From contig CM120645.1 in assembly GCA_051362555.1 (NCBI GenBank), forward strand, positions 24,394,934-24,458,933: a DNA stretch of 64,000 nt, written 5' to 3'. This DNA is from Lingula anatina. Lineage: Eukaryota; Animalia; Brachiopoda. The position numbers and the translations under genes are program-made. Below the pieces are notes generated by a model that was not told where the DNA came from, made no database searches, and saw nothing but the letters and a program-made list of their open reading frames with translations. Each line of letters opens with the position of its first letter. Position 1 is the stretch's first letter. Shown piece by piece: positions 13,501 through 24,350 of the stretch.

Positions 13501-15509
13501 CACAGTTAGAACAACTACCACACAGAGGCCAACTCCCAAACCTAAACCAACACCTACCACACCACCAACACAACCACCTGCTGTGATACCCAAAATAGGT
13601 AAGTGCTTGGTGATCTCTATGTGTTTACTTAAGTACACCAAACACAGGGTCTTCTGGAAGGCGGTCAGATTTTAAAGTTTACGTTGACGGGTATCTAATT
13701 TTTTCATTTGAAAGATGGTCAAAAATAGAGAATAGATCAATAAAGATAAATGGAAAGACTGTCGGAAAATATCTCTTGATCCACGTCTGAAATCAACATT
13801 TGAATAAAACATCTGAATAAAATAATCAGGAATAATTAAAGCACTGTACCCATGTCATATTCAACATCTCTATGTTCCAGATTATTGTGGCTGGTATGTG
13901 TATGATCAGAAGTACATTAAAGGGGACAATAATGACCAACTGAATGAAGTATCATTGGCACAATGTAAGGAGGCATGTGCCAGTGCTCGCACATTCCACT
14001 GTAGATCTCTGGACTACTATAAGAGCAAGAGGAAGTGTTTCCTCAGTGAGAAGACTTATCAAGACCAGGGCAGCCATTTTGCCACTGACAGCAGAATGAT
14101 ACATTACCAAAGGAGGCCATGTTCAGGTGAGAGAGAAATGTCCACTTAGGATGACTGCATGGAAGGATTTGCCACATAAATTATTAATATTGATACACAA
14201 TTGTATTTTTTTAACCATTTTCATTGTTGTCACATGTCATTGTAATACATGGAATGAACCCCTTCCTTAGCATCACATGTAGCACTATTAGCACAATGTC
14301 ACAACCAATGCCATTCCAGTGTTCCACACTGTCACAACTAACACAATACCAGTGTTCCAACTGTCACAACTAACACAATACCAGTGTTCCAACTGTCACA
14401 ACTAACACAATACCAGTCTTCCACACTGTCACAACTAACACAATACCAGTGTTCCAACTGTCACAACTAACACAATACCAGTCTTCCACACTGTCACAAC
14501 TAACACAATACCAGTGTTCCAACTGTCACAACTAACACAATACCAGTCTTCCACACTGTCACAACTAATACAATACCAAAGCCATGCTCTGCCACAATAT
14601 GTATACTATCAGCCACCACAGTGGCAATACTTCCTTGAAAACCAACATTGTCAAACCCTTTAAACAACTCATAGCTACTAATCAATCACTGTCAAACCAA
14701 ATGACCAGCTCTTTTTCAACCAATCTTTTGTTACCAACTTATTTGACCTCATTCCTTTGTCCTACTTACTGTGACCTACTTACTAACTTCCAGCCACTGA
14801 TGAACCCCCCGTGGCCACCACCACCCCTGTCACTAACACTCCGCCTGCCAGCGCCACCTGTGAGGCAGGCTGGCATGGATTCACTGTAGGGGGAGCCACA
14901 TATTGCTTTTTAATTGTAAACGAGGCAAGCATTTATTTGCAAGCCAAAAGAAGTTGTGAGGTAAGTTGGAATACTTTTGTGCTTTAAGTTTTATACTTTA
15001 ACCAAAAGTTTCATCCAACAAAATCAAAAATCACAACTGACTTAAAAATAAAACCTAGCACAATCTGGAACACAACTCACACAATCAGAAATCAAACATA
15101 ATACAAACAGAATCACAACTCAAAGAATCAGAATTCACACCTACCGCAATTAAAAGTCACAATCAACATAATCATATTTTAATTTCAGCAGGAAAAGGCT
15201 TAACAATTACCATGATTAACTGATACTTCTCGCACCATGCCATGAAATTTCATTACTTTTTTACCTTAATTCCAGCGAAGAAATGGTAATCTTATCTCTG
15301 GCCAGTCGCCTTCTTCACCTATCCTGTCCATGATAGAAGATGGACGCCTCTCAGCATCCAGCTACTGGTTGAAGAATGATCAGCTCGGGTTCCTGGGATT
15401 TCTGTTCTCCGACTGTGAATACCTGTCTCTCCAGGGTGGTCAAGCATCCATTGAAGAGAAGTCATGTACTGCTAGGATCCCCTATGTATGTGAGAGGGAA
15501 GGATACTAA
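5758..15509 (+). CDS. Secreted astacin-family (M12A) zinc metalloprotease: signal, prodomain, astacin, EGF-like, Pro/Thr linker, PAN/apple, Pro/Thr linker, C-type lectin-like domain
   Basis: Phase-consistent GT-AG exons: 5758-5823, 8411-8486, 9621-9668, 10675-10872, 11222-11369, 11657-11720, 11897-11982, 12497-12618, 13011-13211, 13497-13598, 13881-14126, 14794-14960, 15276-15509. Astacin motifs: signal [22 protein letters not shown], prodomain [34 protein letters not shown], Met-turn [22 protein letters not shown]: [21 protein letters not shown]: CEAGW..YCF..AKRSCE..YVCER. Confidence 0.93.
5945..6001. repeat. (TG)n microsatellite
   Basis: Direct reading. Confidence 0.95.
6551..6933. repeat. 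37-bp GC-rich minisatellite, about 10 copies, in astacin intron 1
   Basis: Unit gaacgcgcaggcagggaacccttggggctggcaatgg recurs at 6551, 6588 and onward; it explains the six overlapping ORFs here. Confidence 0.95.
7389..7602. mobile_element. MITE, PIF/Harbinger-like
   Basis: About 35-bp TIRs, aaccccctttacactggacggcgtc... / ...gacgccgtccagtgtaacgggggtt, flanked by TTA on both sides. Confidence 0.8.
12552..12758 (+). repeat. Tandem triplication of the 3' end of the astacin Met-turn exon plus its splice donor (about 74-bp unit)
   Basis: 12552-12626 is repeated at 12627-12700 with the gtaagt donor intact, and degenerately at 12701-12758 where the donor reads gcaagc. Confidence 0.92.
14325..14580. 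repeat. 32/33-bp minisatellite with ctgtcacaactaacacaat core
   Basis: About 8 tandem units of ctgtcacaactaacacaataccagtgttccaa and a tcttccaca variant. Confidence 0.95.
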
Positions 15510-16059
15510 CAATACCTCATTGCATTCTATATGGCAAATATTTCACATGGTTTCAAGTCTAATTTAATTTTCCTCCATACAGTTTATATGGACCAATCTT
15601 TATTTCAAAGATCCTTAAGTCAAGATCAACCCAGCAAGGACCTTTGTAGAATCACAGTATTCTCAATATTCCACATGAAGTAATCCTCCTATCCAGGCCA
15701 TCCTTCACAGTTCTCTAAGAACTACATCTAAAGACTTCCTATTTCTATGTAGCCTGCAAGTGAACTTCACAACAAATGACCAATTACACTGGAAAGCACT
15801 CCATAACCAGTGGGAATCATTCCACAAATCAAGAGTGTAAATACCAATCACAGGTGAAATTCTATGTTAAAAAACAACAGAGAATAACCTATTACCTTAA
15901 AATTTAAATTTTTATAAAATTCTGTAATATATATATTCTGTACAACACTCAGCATTACTTTGACATTGGCATCAGTGCAATAGTGACACATACCATTTCA
16001 AATTTTGACATTTCGTCTTTCTAAACAACTCATATACTGTAATATCAAGGACACAGTTA

Positions 16060-16325
16060 AACTTAACACACTGTCACATCTTGCATACTGTCAACCCTAA
16101 CACACTGTCACTTGCTGTCACACCAAACACACTGTCACTTGCTGTCACACCTAACACACTGTCATACCTAACACACTGTCACACCTAACACACTGTCACT
16201 CGTTGTCACACCAAACACACTGTCACTTGTTGTCACACCTAACACACTGTCATACCTAACACACTGTCACTCCAAACACACTGTCACTCCAAACACACTG
16301 TCACACCTAACACACTGTCACACAT
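16060..16325. repeat. Minisatellite of cactgtcacacctaacaca variants in the astacin 3' region
   Basis: Many 18-27 bp units share the ctgtcac...ctaacacac core. Confidence 0.9.
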
Positions 16326-16536
16326 GGCAGAAGCTTAGATAAAGGACAATCTTACATAACTGGTCAAATACTGACATTAATTTATTATATCATTTAACAA
16401 TCATAAAAACAAGTTGACAATTATTATATCATTGTACTGTGTACAATGTGAAGATTTGACAAAAAATTGTATAACCTTATATCTGCACATAAGATGAATT
16501 ATAACTTATGAGATAACATGTTTTCTGAAGTGCTAA

Positions 16537-16603
16537 AATAAAATTCATTTTTTGCATCTGTCTTCAATGGTTATTTTGTCATGAATCAAAAGTCATGAAT
16601 AAA
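16537..16603 (+). promoter_or_regulatory. Candidate polyadenylation signals of the astacin gene
   Basis: AATAAA at 16537-16542 and 16598-16603, followed by T/GT-rich sequence. Confidence 0.5.
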
Positions 16604-16808
16604 GTTTGCCCATCACACAGTTCAACACTTTCTCTCTTAAGCTGTCTTATAAAGTTGAATCTTGTCCTGTGTCTGTCATTATGAAATCAGTTACTGTGGT
16701 CCACACTACTGTGAAAAGATTTGCCAAAACAGGCTGGTCTCTGTATAATACATACAATCATGTTATTCACTAAAGAGGAGGTGACCTACTAAATGTTCCC
16801 TTGATCTG

Positions 16809-19800
16809 TTATCTTTCCTCATCAATGGCAGCTCCAATAATGAGTTTGACTTTATCATAAACACCTAAAAAGATGCCACCTCCTATAGCAATCCACAGAG
16901 TTCTGGGAACAACACCAGCAAACAACCTGAAATAGTTTTAATAAAGAAGTGAATGTCAAAGAATTTAATCACTGACACCTTGTGCCTTTAACATGCTGAT
17001 TGCAATTTAAAATACAGGTCACTGTGTGATATCTAAAACAAAACCCATAACCTTTAATCAAATGCTACACTAGAAGTTACCTAGCACCAGTTTTTGGCTG
17101 AAGGACGAAATCATTTCTTACAACTTTCTTGCTATTAACTTACCCTCTGGTTCCTTTCTCACCATACACCTGCTTCAGGGCAAACAGTAGACTCCCAGAG
17201 GCCAGACAGCTGCCATGCTGGAGCAAGTAACATTACATCAGCACCACTTTAGAGCTTATATAATTATGTTAATTTTTTTTTTGTTTTTATCAAAATCAGA
17301 TACTGATAAGAAAAAGTAACAATTATGCTACAATAACCTTTAAGTAATGTGTAGAATGTTTATGATCAGCTGGGTTAAAATGTATTTTCTGAGGGAGTCT
17401 CTTCGGAAAACCTAAATCAAACATCATATAATTTGATTTCACAGTGAAACATTACTTCAATTACAGCTGGAGGGAGTGCAATGAAGAAACAATGGATCAA
17501 GATTTTATATGCCTTATTAACAGCAGCAGAACTACTGCCTGAGTCCCATCTTAAATCTTTTCAAGCTGGTTTGTACATGAGAGATGTTTCTTTCTGTAGA
17601 TGCTATATAAACTGGCTGCTCACCTCTGCCAACATGATCCTTGTTTTAGCAACATCCAGAGGAGTTGTAACAGAGGCTGCTATAGCACCTGGATAAACAA
17701 GGGAAGGTATAAATAGCTTAATACACAACAAAATCCAAATATACAACTACCACTGATATATACCAATACACATAGCTGAATATATATCAATATTAGTAGA
17801 AAATAATTTGGCAAATCTAATCAAAAGATTTTTAAAACTTTATTCCATTTAATTTGGAAATTTTGATCAGTACTGAGTGTGTAGCTGCCATGTTGCCATG
17901 GTGACTAATCACAGACATACCAGAAATAGCACCACATATAGACGACTGCCAGGGATTAACAGATGCTCCCTGTCTTCTAGACCAGGACTTCTGGAAGGGG
18001 TTCACACACATTTTCAATTAACAATTACGTACTAACACAGATGAAAATGACAGATTTTTTCTTTTTCTCTCTCTTAAATAAATAAATCAATAAATAAAAA
18101 ATGATAAAAATTTAAAGAAATAAAAAAATTCAACTTTCTCTCAAAAAAAAAAAAAAAAAAAAAAAAATAGGACAAAATAGAAAAATTTACATTCATGAAT
18201 TGATATAACTAACTGCAAAATCAAAGCACTGCTTAAATATGGTATAACATGTACAAGCTAACCCTTTACATGCAGTACTGTATTTGCCTTCATAATTTCC
18301 CAGAGAGGAAACTGTATAAATGAGAATGGAATCTCTCTGAGCACAGTAGTTGTATTACAAGCAGTACTGTATTTACCTTCATAATTTCCCAGAGAGGAAA
18401 CTGTATAAATGAGAAGGGAATCTCTCTGAGCACAGTAGTTGTATAGCCCCTATACAGCCCCCGGATACCCTGGGGAAAAAAAGGTGTTACTAGGCTTTAA
18501 ATGATCATAGGCAAAATACCTGCATCATCATTATCAGTATATACTTAGTGTGACACATTATGCTGTGAATGAGTGTGATCACATGTATGTTGTTACACAG
18601 TATAAGGAATGGCAGCGTGTTAGATGTGGCATTGTATTAGGTATCACAGTGTGTAATATATGGTATTGTAAAAGGTGTGTTTTAGTGTGTTAGATGTGAC
18701 ATTGTATTAGGTATCACAGTGTGTAATATATGGTATTGTAAAAGGTGTGTTTTAGTGTGTTAGATGTGACATTGTATTAGGTATCACAGTGTGTAATATA
18801 TGGTATTGTAAAAGGTGTGTTTTAGTGTGTTAGATGTGACATTGTATTAGGTATCACAGCGTGTAATATATGGTATTGTAAAAGGTGTGTTTTAGTGTGT
18901 TAGATGTGACATTGTATTAGGTATCACAGTGTGTAATATATGGTATTGTAAAAGGTGTGTTTTAGTGTGTTAGTTTTGGTAGTGTGTTAGTGTGTGATCG
19001 GGTATTTTGCATGTCAAAATTTAAAAAGACTCCCTTTATTTGTTTATTAAAACTAGTACACTAACAAAGATATGAGTCACATTATTCAAAACTACACCAG
19101 GCACCTATCCTACCTCTTGCTGCAGAGTTGTCCTAAAGATATCCAATACTCTGGCACTGGGGTTGGCCTGAGCCCGCTGCTTGACCACCTCTGTGGGCAC
19201 TCTGGCCAGACAACCTGCCTGGAGAATAGACAAAACTAGAGGATAAAAATAATAATTTTAATAATGATTATAATACTGTCCCACACATTGTCACAACTAA
19301 CACTGTAAAGGGCATAACCTACCACCCCTTCAGTTTAGTTTAGTCCACACACCCCTATTTGAATAATAGACAATGCCACCTAGAGTGAGCAGTTCATTAC
19401 ACAGACACTTTAGAAGCAAGCAGTTGATTTTTATGCAGACACCTAAGAAGCTAGAATTTTGTCATACAAAAGAGGACTTAAAATTGTAAGTTTCATTTAA
19501 TTGTACTATATTTATAACTGTCATTATCACTATCAAATTTATATGGAGTTAAATTTTGGTTTGGGGTATGTATATTGTAGTTTACAAGTCTCAGTAAAAT
19601 TAGGGTGTGGACTCGTGGATAATTTCAAAAGTAGTGTGTCATTTTTCTTTATTATTTAATGTATTCACTTTATTAATATTTATTTATCTGCCTGATTCTT
19701 TATATCTATATATAATGTGATCTAAGGTTATTGTCAGTTATTTAAGCAATTTTTTTTTTTTTTTACAGATTTGAACCATACATACATACATACATAAGTA

Positions 19801-21527
19801 TCGTCACACAAGTTTGTGTAAAGAGACAATAAATCAACCGTATGAGTACAAATACAGTCTCCTCTTTTTGTATCGAAGTGTCACCCGTTACAAACACAAT
19901 TCCTCACCACTTCCCCACATGCTGTCACAACTAACACAATGCCTCACCACTTCCGAACACACTGTCACAACTAACACAATGCCTCACCACTTCCCCACAC
20001 ACTGTCACAACTAACACAATGCCTCACCACTTCCCCACACACTGTCACAACTAACACAATGCCTCACCACTTCCCCACACACTGTCACAACTAACACAAT
20101 GCCTCACCACTTCCCCACACACTGTCACAACTAACACAATGCCTCACCACTTCCCCACAGGCTGCGGCAGTCATGTGAACTGCAGGCTGAAGGTGCTCAG
20201 TTTCCAACCTCCTTCCAAGTGAATCCTTCACTGCCTCATAACTCACAAAGAACAATGCAGCTGAAATTAAAACAAGATAACTTAAACATTGGCGCAGACT
20301 AAATATTTCGACAATTGTATTTTGTTTTACTAATTTTAATCACATTTACCTTCAATGACATCAGCTAACAGTTACATGATTACACTCTATTTAACCACTT
20401 TTGGTTAGCTTTCTGACGACAATCTCAACCGCATTCTCATCTAACACATTTTATCACAATATTGAAACCACATTTTCTTTTAACACATTTAATAACAATT
20501 TTAACCGCATTCTTATCTAACACATTTCCCATGTGTCCTAATATGTCACTTACATCCAGGTGCAGAACCTACTGCAGTTGCCCCTATACCAGCATAGATG
20601 CCTCTGAAGCCACCAGTTTTAAAGAAACCTTGTTCACTCTGCAGTCTTGTCTTTACTGTATCAATTGGGAACAAAGCTAAGTCCACACACAGCCCAGCTG
20701 CTGCTCCAGCCTGAAATATCATCAAAACATGCACAGACTTTAGTATATTCAGATAGCAAAGCATGTGCTTATTCTGAAAATATATACAATTTTTATGTTT
20801 TAAGCAACTGATCATTTCTAGATCCTGCCATCATGCTATAGGCATACATAGAATATTGCAGGATAATGACACTCAGCTTTAGACCCAAGGTCACCCATCA
20901 TGCTATAGGCATACATAGAATATTGCAGGATAATGACACTCAGCTTTAGACCCAAGGTCACCCATCATGCTATAGGCATACATAGAATATTGCAGGATAA
21001 TGACACTCAGCTTTAGACCCAAGGTCACCCATCATGCTATAGGCATACATAGAATATTGCAGGATAATGACACTCAGCTTTAGACCCAAGGTCACCAACA
21101 TGCTATAGGCATACATAGAATATTGCAGGATAATGACACTCAGCTTTAGACCCAAGGTCACCAACATGCTATAGGCATACATAGAATATTGCAGGATAAT
21201 GACACTCAGCTTTAGACCCAAGGTCACCAACATGAGCCGGCTGGTAATATTACCAGTTCCTTACAACAGAATGAATTTTTGTTTGAATAACTGATAATGA
21301 CAGATTACGTATAGCTTTCTAATGACTCTGGCAAATAAGACATGCAGACATGTAGATATTTAAACAAAAATATAATTTTTTTTCTAAATAGCCTAAGGTA
21401 TAATGTATAATGTAGTACACTACACAAGTAGAGTCTACAATGTGCTTACTGTGAGTGCTGTAAAGAAACCACATGGCTTTGAGGACAACTCGCTGTCTTG
21501 TATCTCTAGCCTAGTCTCAGCGTCCAT
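16809..21527 (-). CDS. SLC25A26: Mitochondrial S-adenosylmethionine carrier (SLC25 family)
   Basis: Nine phase-consistent exons: 21527-21450, 20710-20554, 20260-20148, 19218-19114, 18469-18377, 17990-17921, 17688-17624, 17217-17144, 16926-16809. The three carrier signatures are [22 protein letters not shown] and [17 protein letters not shown]-typical segments: [37 protein letters not shown]. Confidence 0.95.
18272..18444 (-). repeat. 89-bp tandem duplication of the SLC25A26 exon 5 3' end plus donor
   Basis: 18361-18444 is duplicated at 18272-18355. The copy encodes [22 protein letters not shown] but its donor reads GCAAAT instead of GTAAAT. Confidence 0.92.
18610..18975. repeat. 60-bp minisatellite, about 6 copies, in SLC25A26 intron 4
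   Basis: Successive 60-nt lines are near-identical and contain gtgttagatgtgaca, the reverse complement of the tgtcacatctaacac core. Confidence 0.95.
19893..20159. repeat. 40-bp minisatellite containing the SLC25A26 exon 3 end and GTGAGG donor (about 6.5 units)
   Basis: Unit gcctcaccacttccccacacactgtcacaactaacacaat. On the minus strand each unit contains GGGGAAGTG|GTGAGG. Confidence 0.95.
20828..21233. repeat. 66-bp minisatellite, about 6 copies, in SLC25A26 intron 1
   Basis: Unit catgctataggcatacatagaatattgcaggataatgacactcagctttagacccaaggtcacc(c/a)a; it produces the 22-aa periodicity in the ORF track. Confidence 0.95.
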
Positions 21528-21949
21528 AGATCAAGGTCTTGTTGAGCAATGACTGTCAGTAATAACTTCCCGCTGAAAAACCAACATGCATGTAACGTTT
21601 AAATGCATACAAGTAAAGTTTATAATTATCAATCAACATAACATACACAAGCAGCTATATGTTGTAAATTTAGTCTCAGATAATTTTACCCTCAATTTAA
21701 AGGATGAATCAATAAACTTTAAATTTTCATCAACAGGCACTAATCAGTTTCATCAGCCAGCACTCAATGGATACCTCTCTCAACATGCCATTGACAGCCT
21801 AAATATTAGGAACTCCAAAAAAGCAATGAACGAATTTTCTGATCCCACTCTTCTATTTCTTACATCATACGAGTAACTTGCTGGTGTGGACTTCAGGCCA
21901 GTGTCATTTAGGGCTCCTCTCCTTCAAACAACACAACACTTCTAAAACG

Positions 21950-22300
21950 TGTCTCTTATACAAATGCCTTTTATGTCAGTGCAGAAGATCAGCAGTACTA
22001 AGCGTGCAGAACTTGACATTGCCTAAACGTGACTCTGTATTTACATAGCGACAAGCACTATCACGCCGACAGGGCGCTGCCATCTTGAAAGTACCGCTCA
22101 ACGCTTCTAACGTTACACAAAGTAACTCCAGTTAATTATAAATCATTATTTAGATCCAAAAAAGCATAGCCAAACGTTTCTTTTGGAATGTGATTTCCTT
22201 AATTTAGATTTAACATTATGAAAAACAGAGATGAACAGATAAATTATATATTCCCAGATGACCTTGACCTGGTGTCGACGTACCGGCTGACGGCATAAGA
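21950..22300. promoter_or_regulatory. Putative bidirectional promoter between SLC25A26 and the Lys-rich gene
   Basis: The start codons are head-to-head, about 780 bp apart. There is a local CpG-rich patch and a YY1-like CAAGATGGC on the minus strand at about 22079-22087. Confidence 0.6.
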
Positions 22301-22301
22301 C

Positions 22302-24350
22302 ATGCGGCAAATGGAAGACGAGGGGTTGGAGGTGGACCGAAGTCACATAAATCTGGTTGCAAACTGGTTTCCAGAGCTAAAACCACATTTAGTGAAAGAT
22401 TCTAAGTCAGAAGATGGTCTAGAAAGTGACGGGTGAGACAGAATATGAGAAGCATAGAAAAAGTAACACTAGTACATACAATATTCCTTCGCCTGGATTG
22501 AAAAAATCAACTAAGCCAAGGTTTTCAATGTTTCCATTATAATTTATTACCAGCCAACCGTCCAGCTATGGGTGTGCAAGGCTCAAATACATTATACACC
22601 ACAGTGCAAGTCATCTGAATGCTTTAACGTGTGAAAACATGCACTGGTTTTAAATCATTTTGGTATAAGTGCAATCTTTGTTCCATGTACTGAAACTGAG
22701 ATATTGCAACATTTCCAACACATGAGGACCTGCAAGCACAGTGTGCCAGTTATTAAAATATGTAAAACAAAAGATAAAATAAAGTAATAAAATTTGGACT
22801 GTCTTTGAAATGCATACTCTTATAATTTTTTAATTTATTTCTTGTTGAAATAATTTCCTGTTTTATTTTAGATCTCAGCCTGAAAATAAGAAAAAAGGTG
22901 TTATAAAAAAACAAAAAGGAAAGCAACCCAAAGCTGAGAAACAAAATATCACAGACCAAGTGGCATTGAAAATCAACAAACATGTGAAACATGGGAAGCA
23001 GAAACAATATAGACAGAAGAAAGGTAAAGTGTTCTAAAAGTACCTGAGAATGGAGTTATCTTTTCTTAGACCCCATTTCCAGAGATTAGATCGATCTACT
23101 TTAGATCGACCTAACTCCCTGGGGGTTCACGCTAAATAGCTGTCAGCCGAGCAGACATGAAAGTTAATTACCCCCTTACAGCTCGTAGTAGGCGGGACGG
23201 ACATTTAAGCCGGATTATCTGACAGTAATCTAGTGAGACTCCCCATGGGGATAGATCGATCTAAAAGCTCTGGGAATACAGCCTTACATTCCTTTATCAT
23301 TTCTTCTTTTGCTTTGATCTGTCAACAGAAAAAATAACAAAAAAAATGTTGCTTTTGATTGCATTTGAGCATTGAATCATTTTCAGAAGACACCAAAGTT
23401 CAAGATCAAAATGGTGATGTTGATGATGAGGATAGCAAAGTTGCTATGGTAACAGCTTCTAAGGAAAGATCCAGGAAGACAGGACCAGCCACTACAAGCA
23501 GCTTACACGATTTGCAAAACAAATTAAAAGATAAAATATCAAAGTCAGCAAGGAAAAGATTGAGGAAAAGAATAAACAAGATGAGAAATTCTCTTGTTGA
23601 AGACGAAGATAAAAGTCAAAGAACTAATGATGGAGAAACAACATCTGAGAAACATAAAATCTCTGACAAGTCATTAAAGAAAAAATCCACTGAAATAGAT
23701 AAGACTAGCTTAGAGACTCTCCAAGATGAAAGAACTAACAATGAGAACATAGCACAGGCAGCAACAGAAAAACCTAGCCGAGGTCACACAAACGAGACTA
23801 AAAATCAGTTAGACATCAAACGTAACTATCCAGATCAAGGTCAGTTGAAAAGAAAGCTCCATGACACTTTTGAAAAGGTTGAGAACACAAATCCCAAGAA
23901 ACAAAAAGACACACACCTAGGTCAACTGACACCTTGTGAGGATGATGGTGCTAAGGACACAGATAATGCTGCAACCAAACCCTTCAAAAGAAAGAGGAAA
24001 AAGAAGAGAAGTAAACAAAAGAACATAAAGAAGGACAACAGACCTGATCATTTGGTAAGTATTGCATGGTTTGGATATAGTTAATATGTACACATCAAGT
24101 CATATATTTGTTGAATTTTCAGATGAACCAAAAATTTCATTCTCATATTTTTGTTCATGCATTTCATACATTAACTAATCTAGCCAATTTTTTCTTTGAA
24201 AATGGTAGCCTAAGTAAAGATGATATCCAATTTTGCAGAATAATCACATTGGTACTTAGACATTATTTTGTTGCTAACAGATCTAAATTGCTGTTCTTTC
24301 AGAAGCCACCTCACTTACGGGCAAAGCCAGAAGAACCGTCTGATAGTTAG
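22302..24350 (+). CDS. Uncharacterised Lys-rich, low-complexity protein, possibly nuclear or nucleolar
   Basis: Phase-consistent exons 22302 (or 22311)-22432, 22872-23023, 23387-24054, 24303-24350. N-terminus MEDEGLEVDRSHINLVANWFPEL; basic C-terminus KRKRKKKRSKQKNIKKDNRPDHLKPPHL. Confidence 0.8.
23069..23283. mobile_element. MITE family A copy 1 (Harbinger-like, TTA TSD), in an intron of the Lys-rich gene
   Basis: Near-identical to 49949-50163. Imperfect TIRs gaccccatttccagag / ctctgggaatacagcc with TTA flanks. Confidence 0.85.

Noticed and set aside
14325-21233. Regular repeat arrays as a possible CRISPR array
   Set aside because: They are head-to-tail tandem units without unique spacers, there are no cas genes, and the context is eukaryotic introns.
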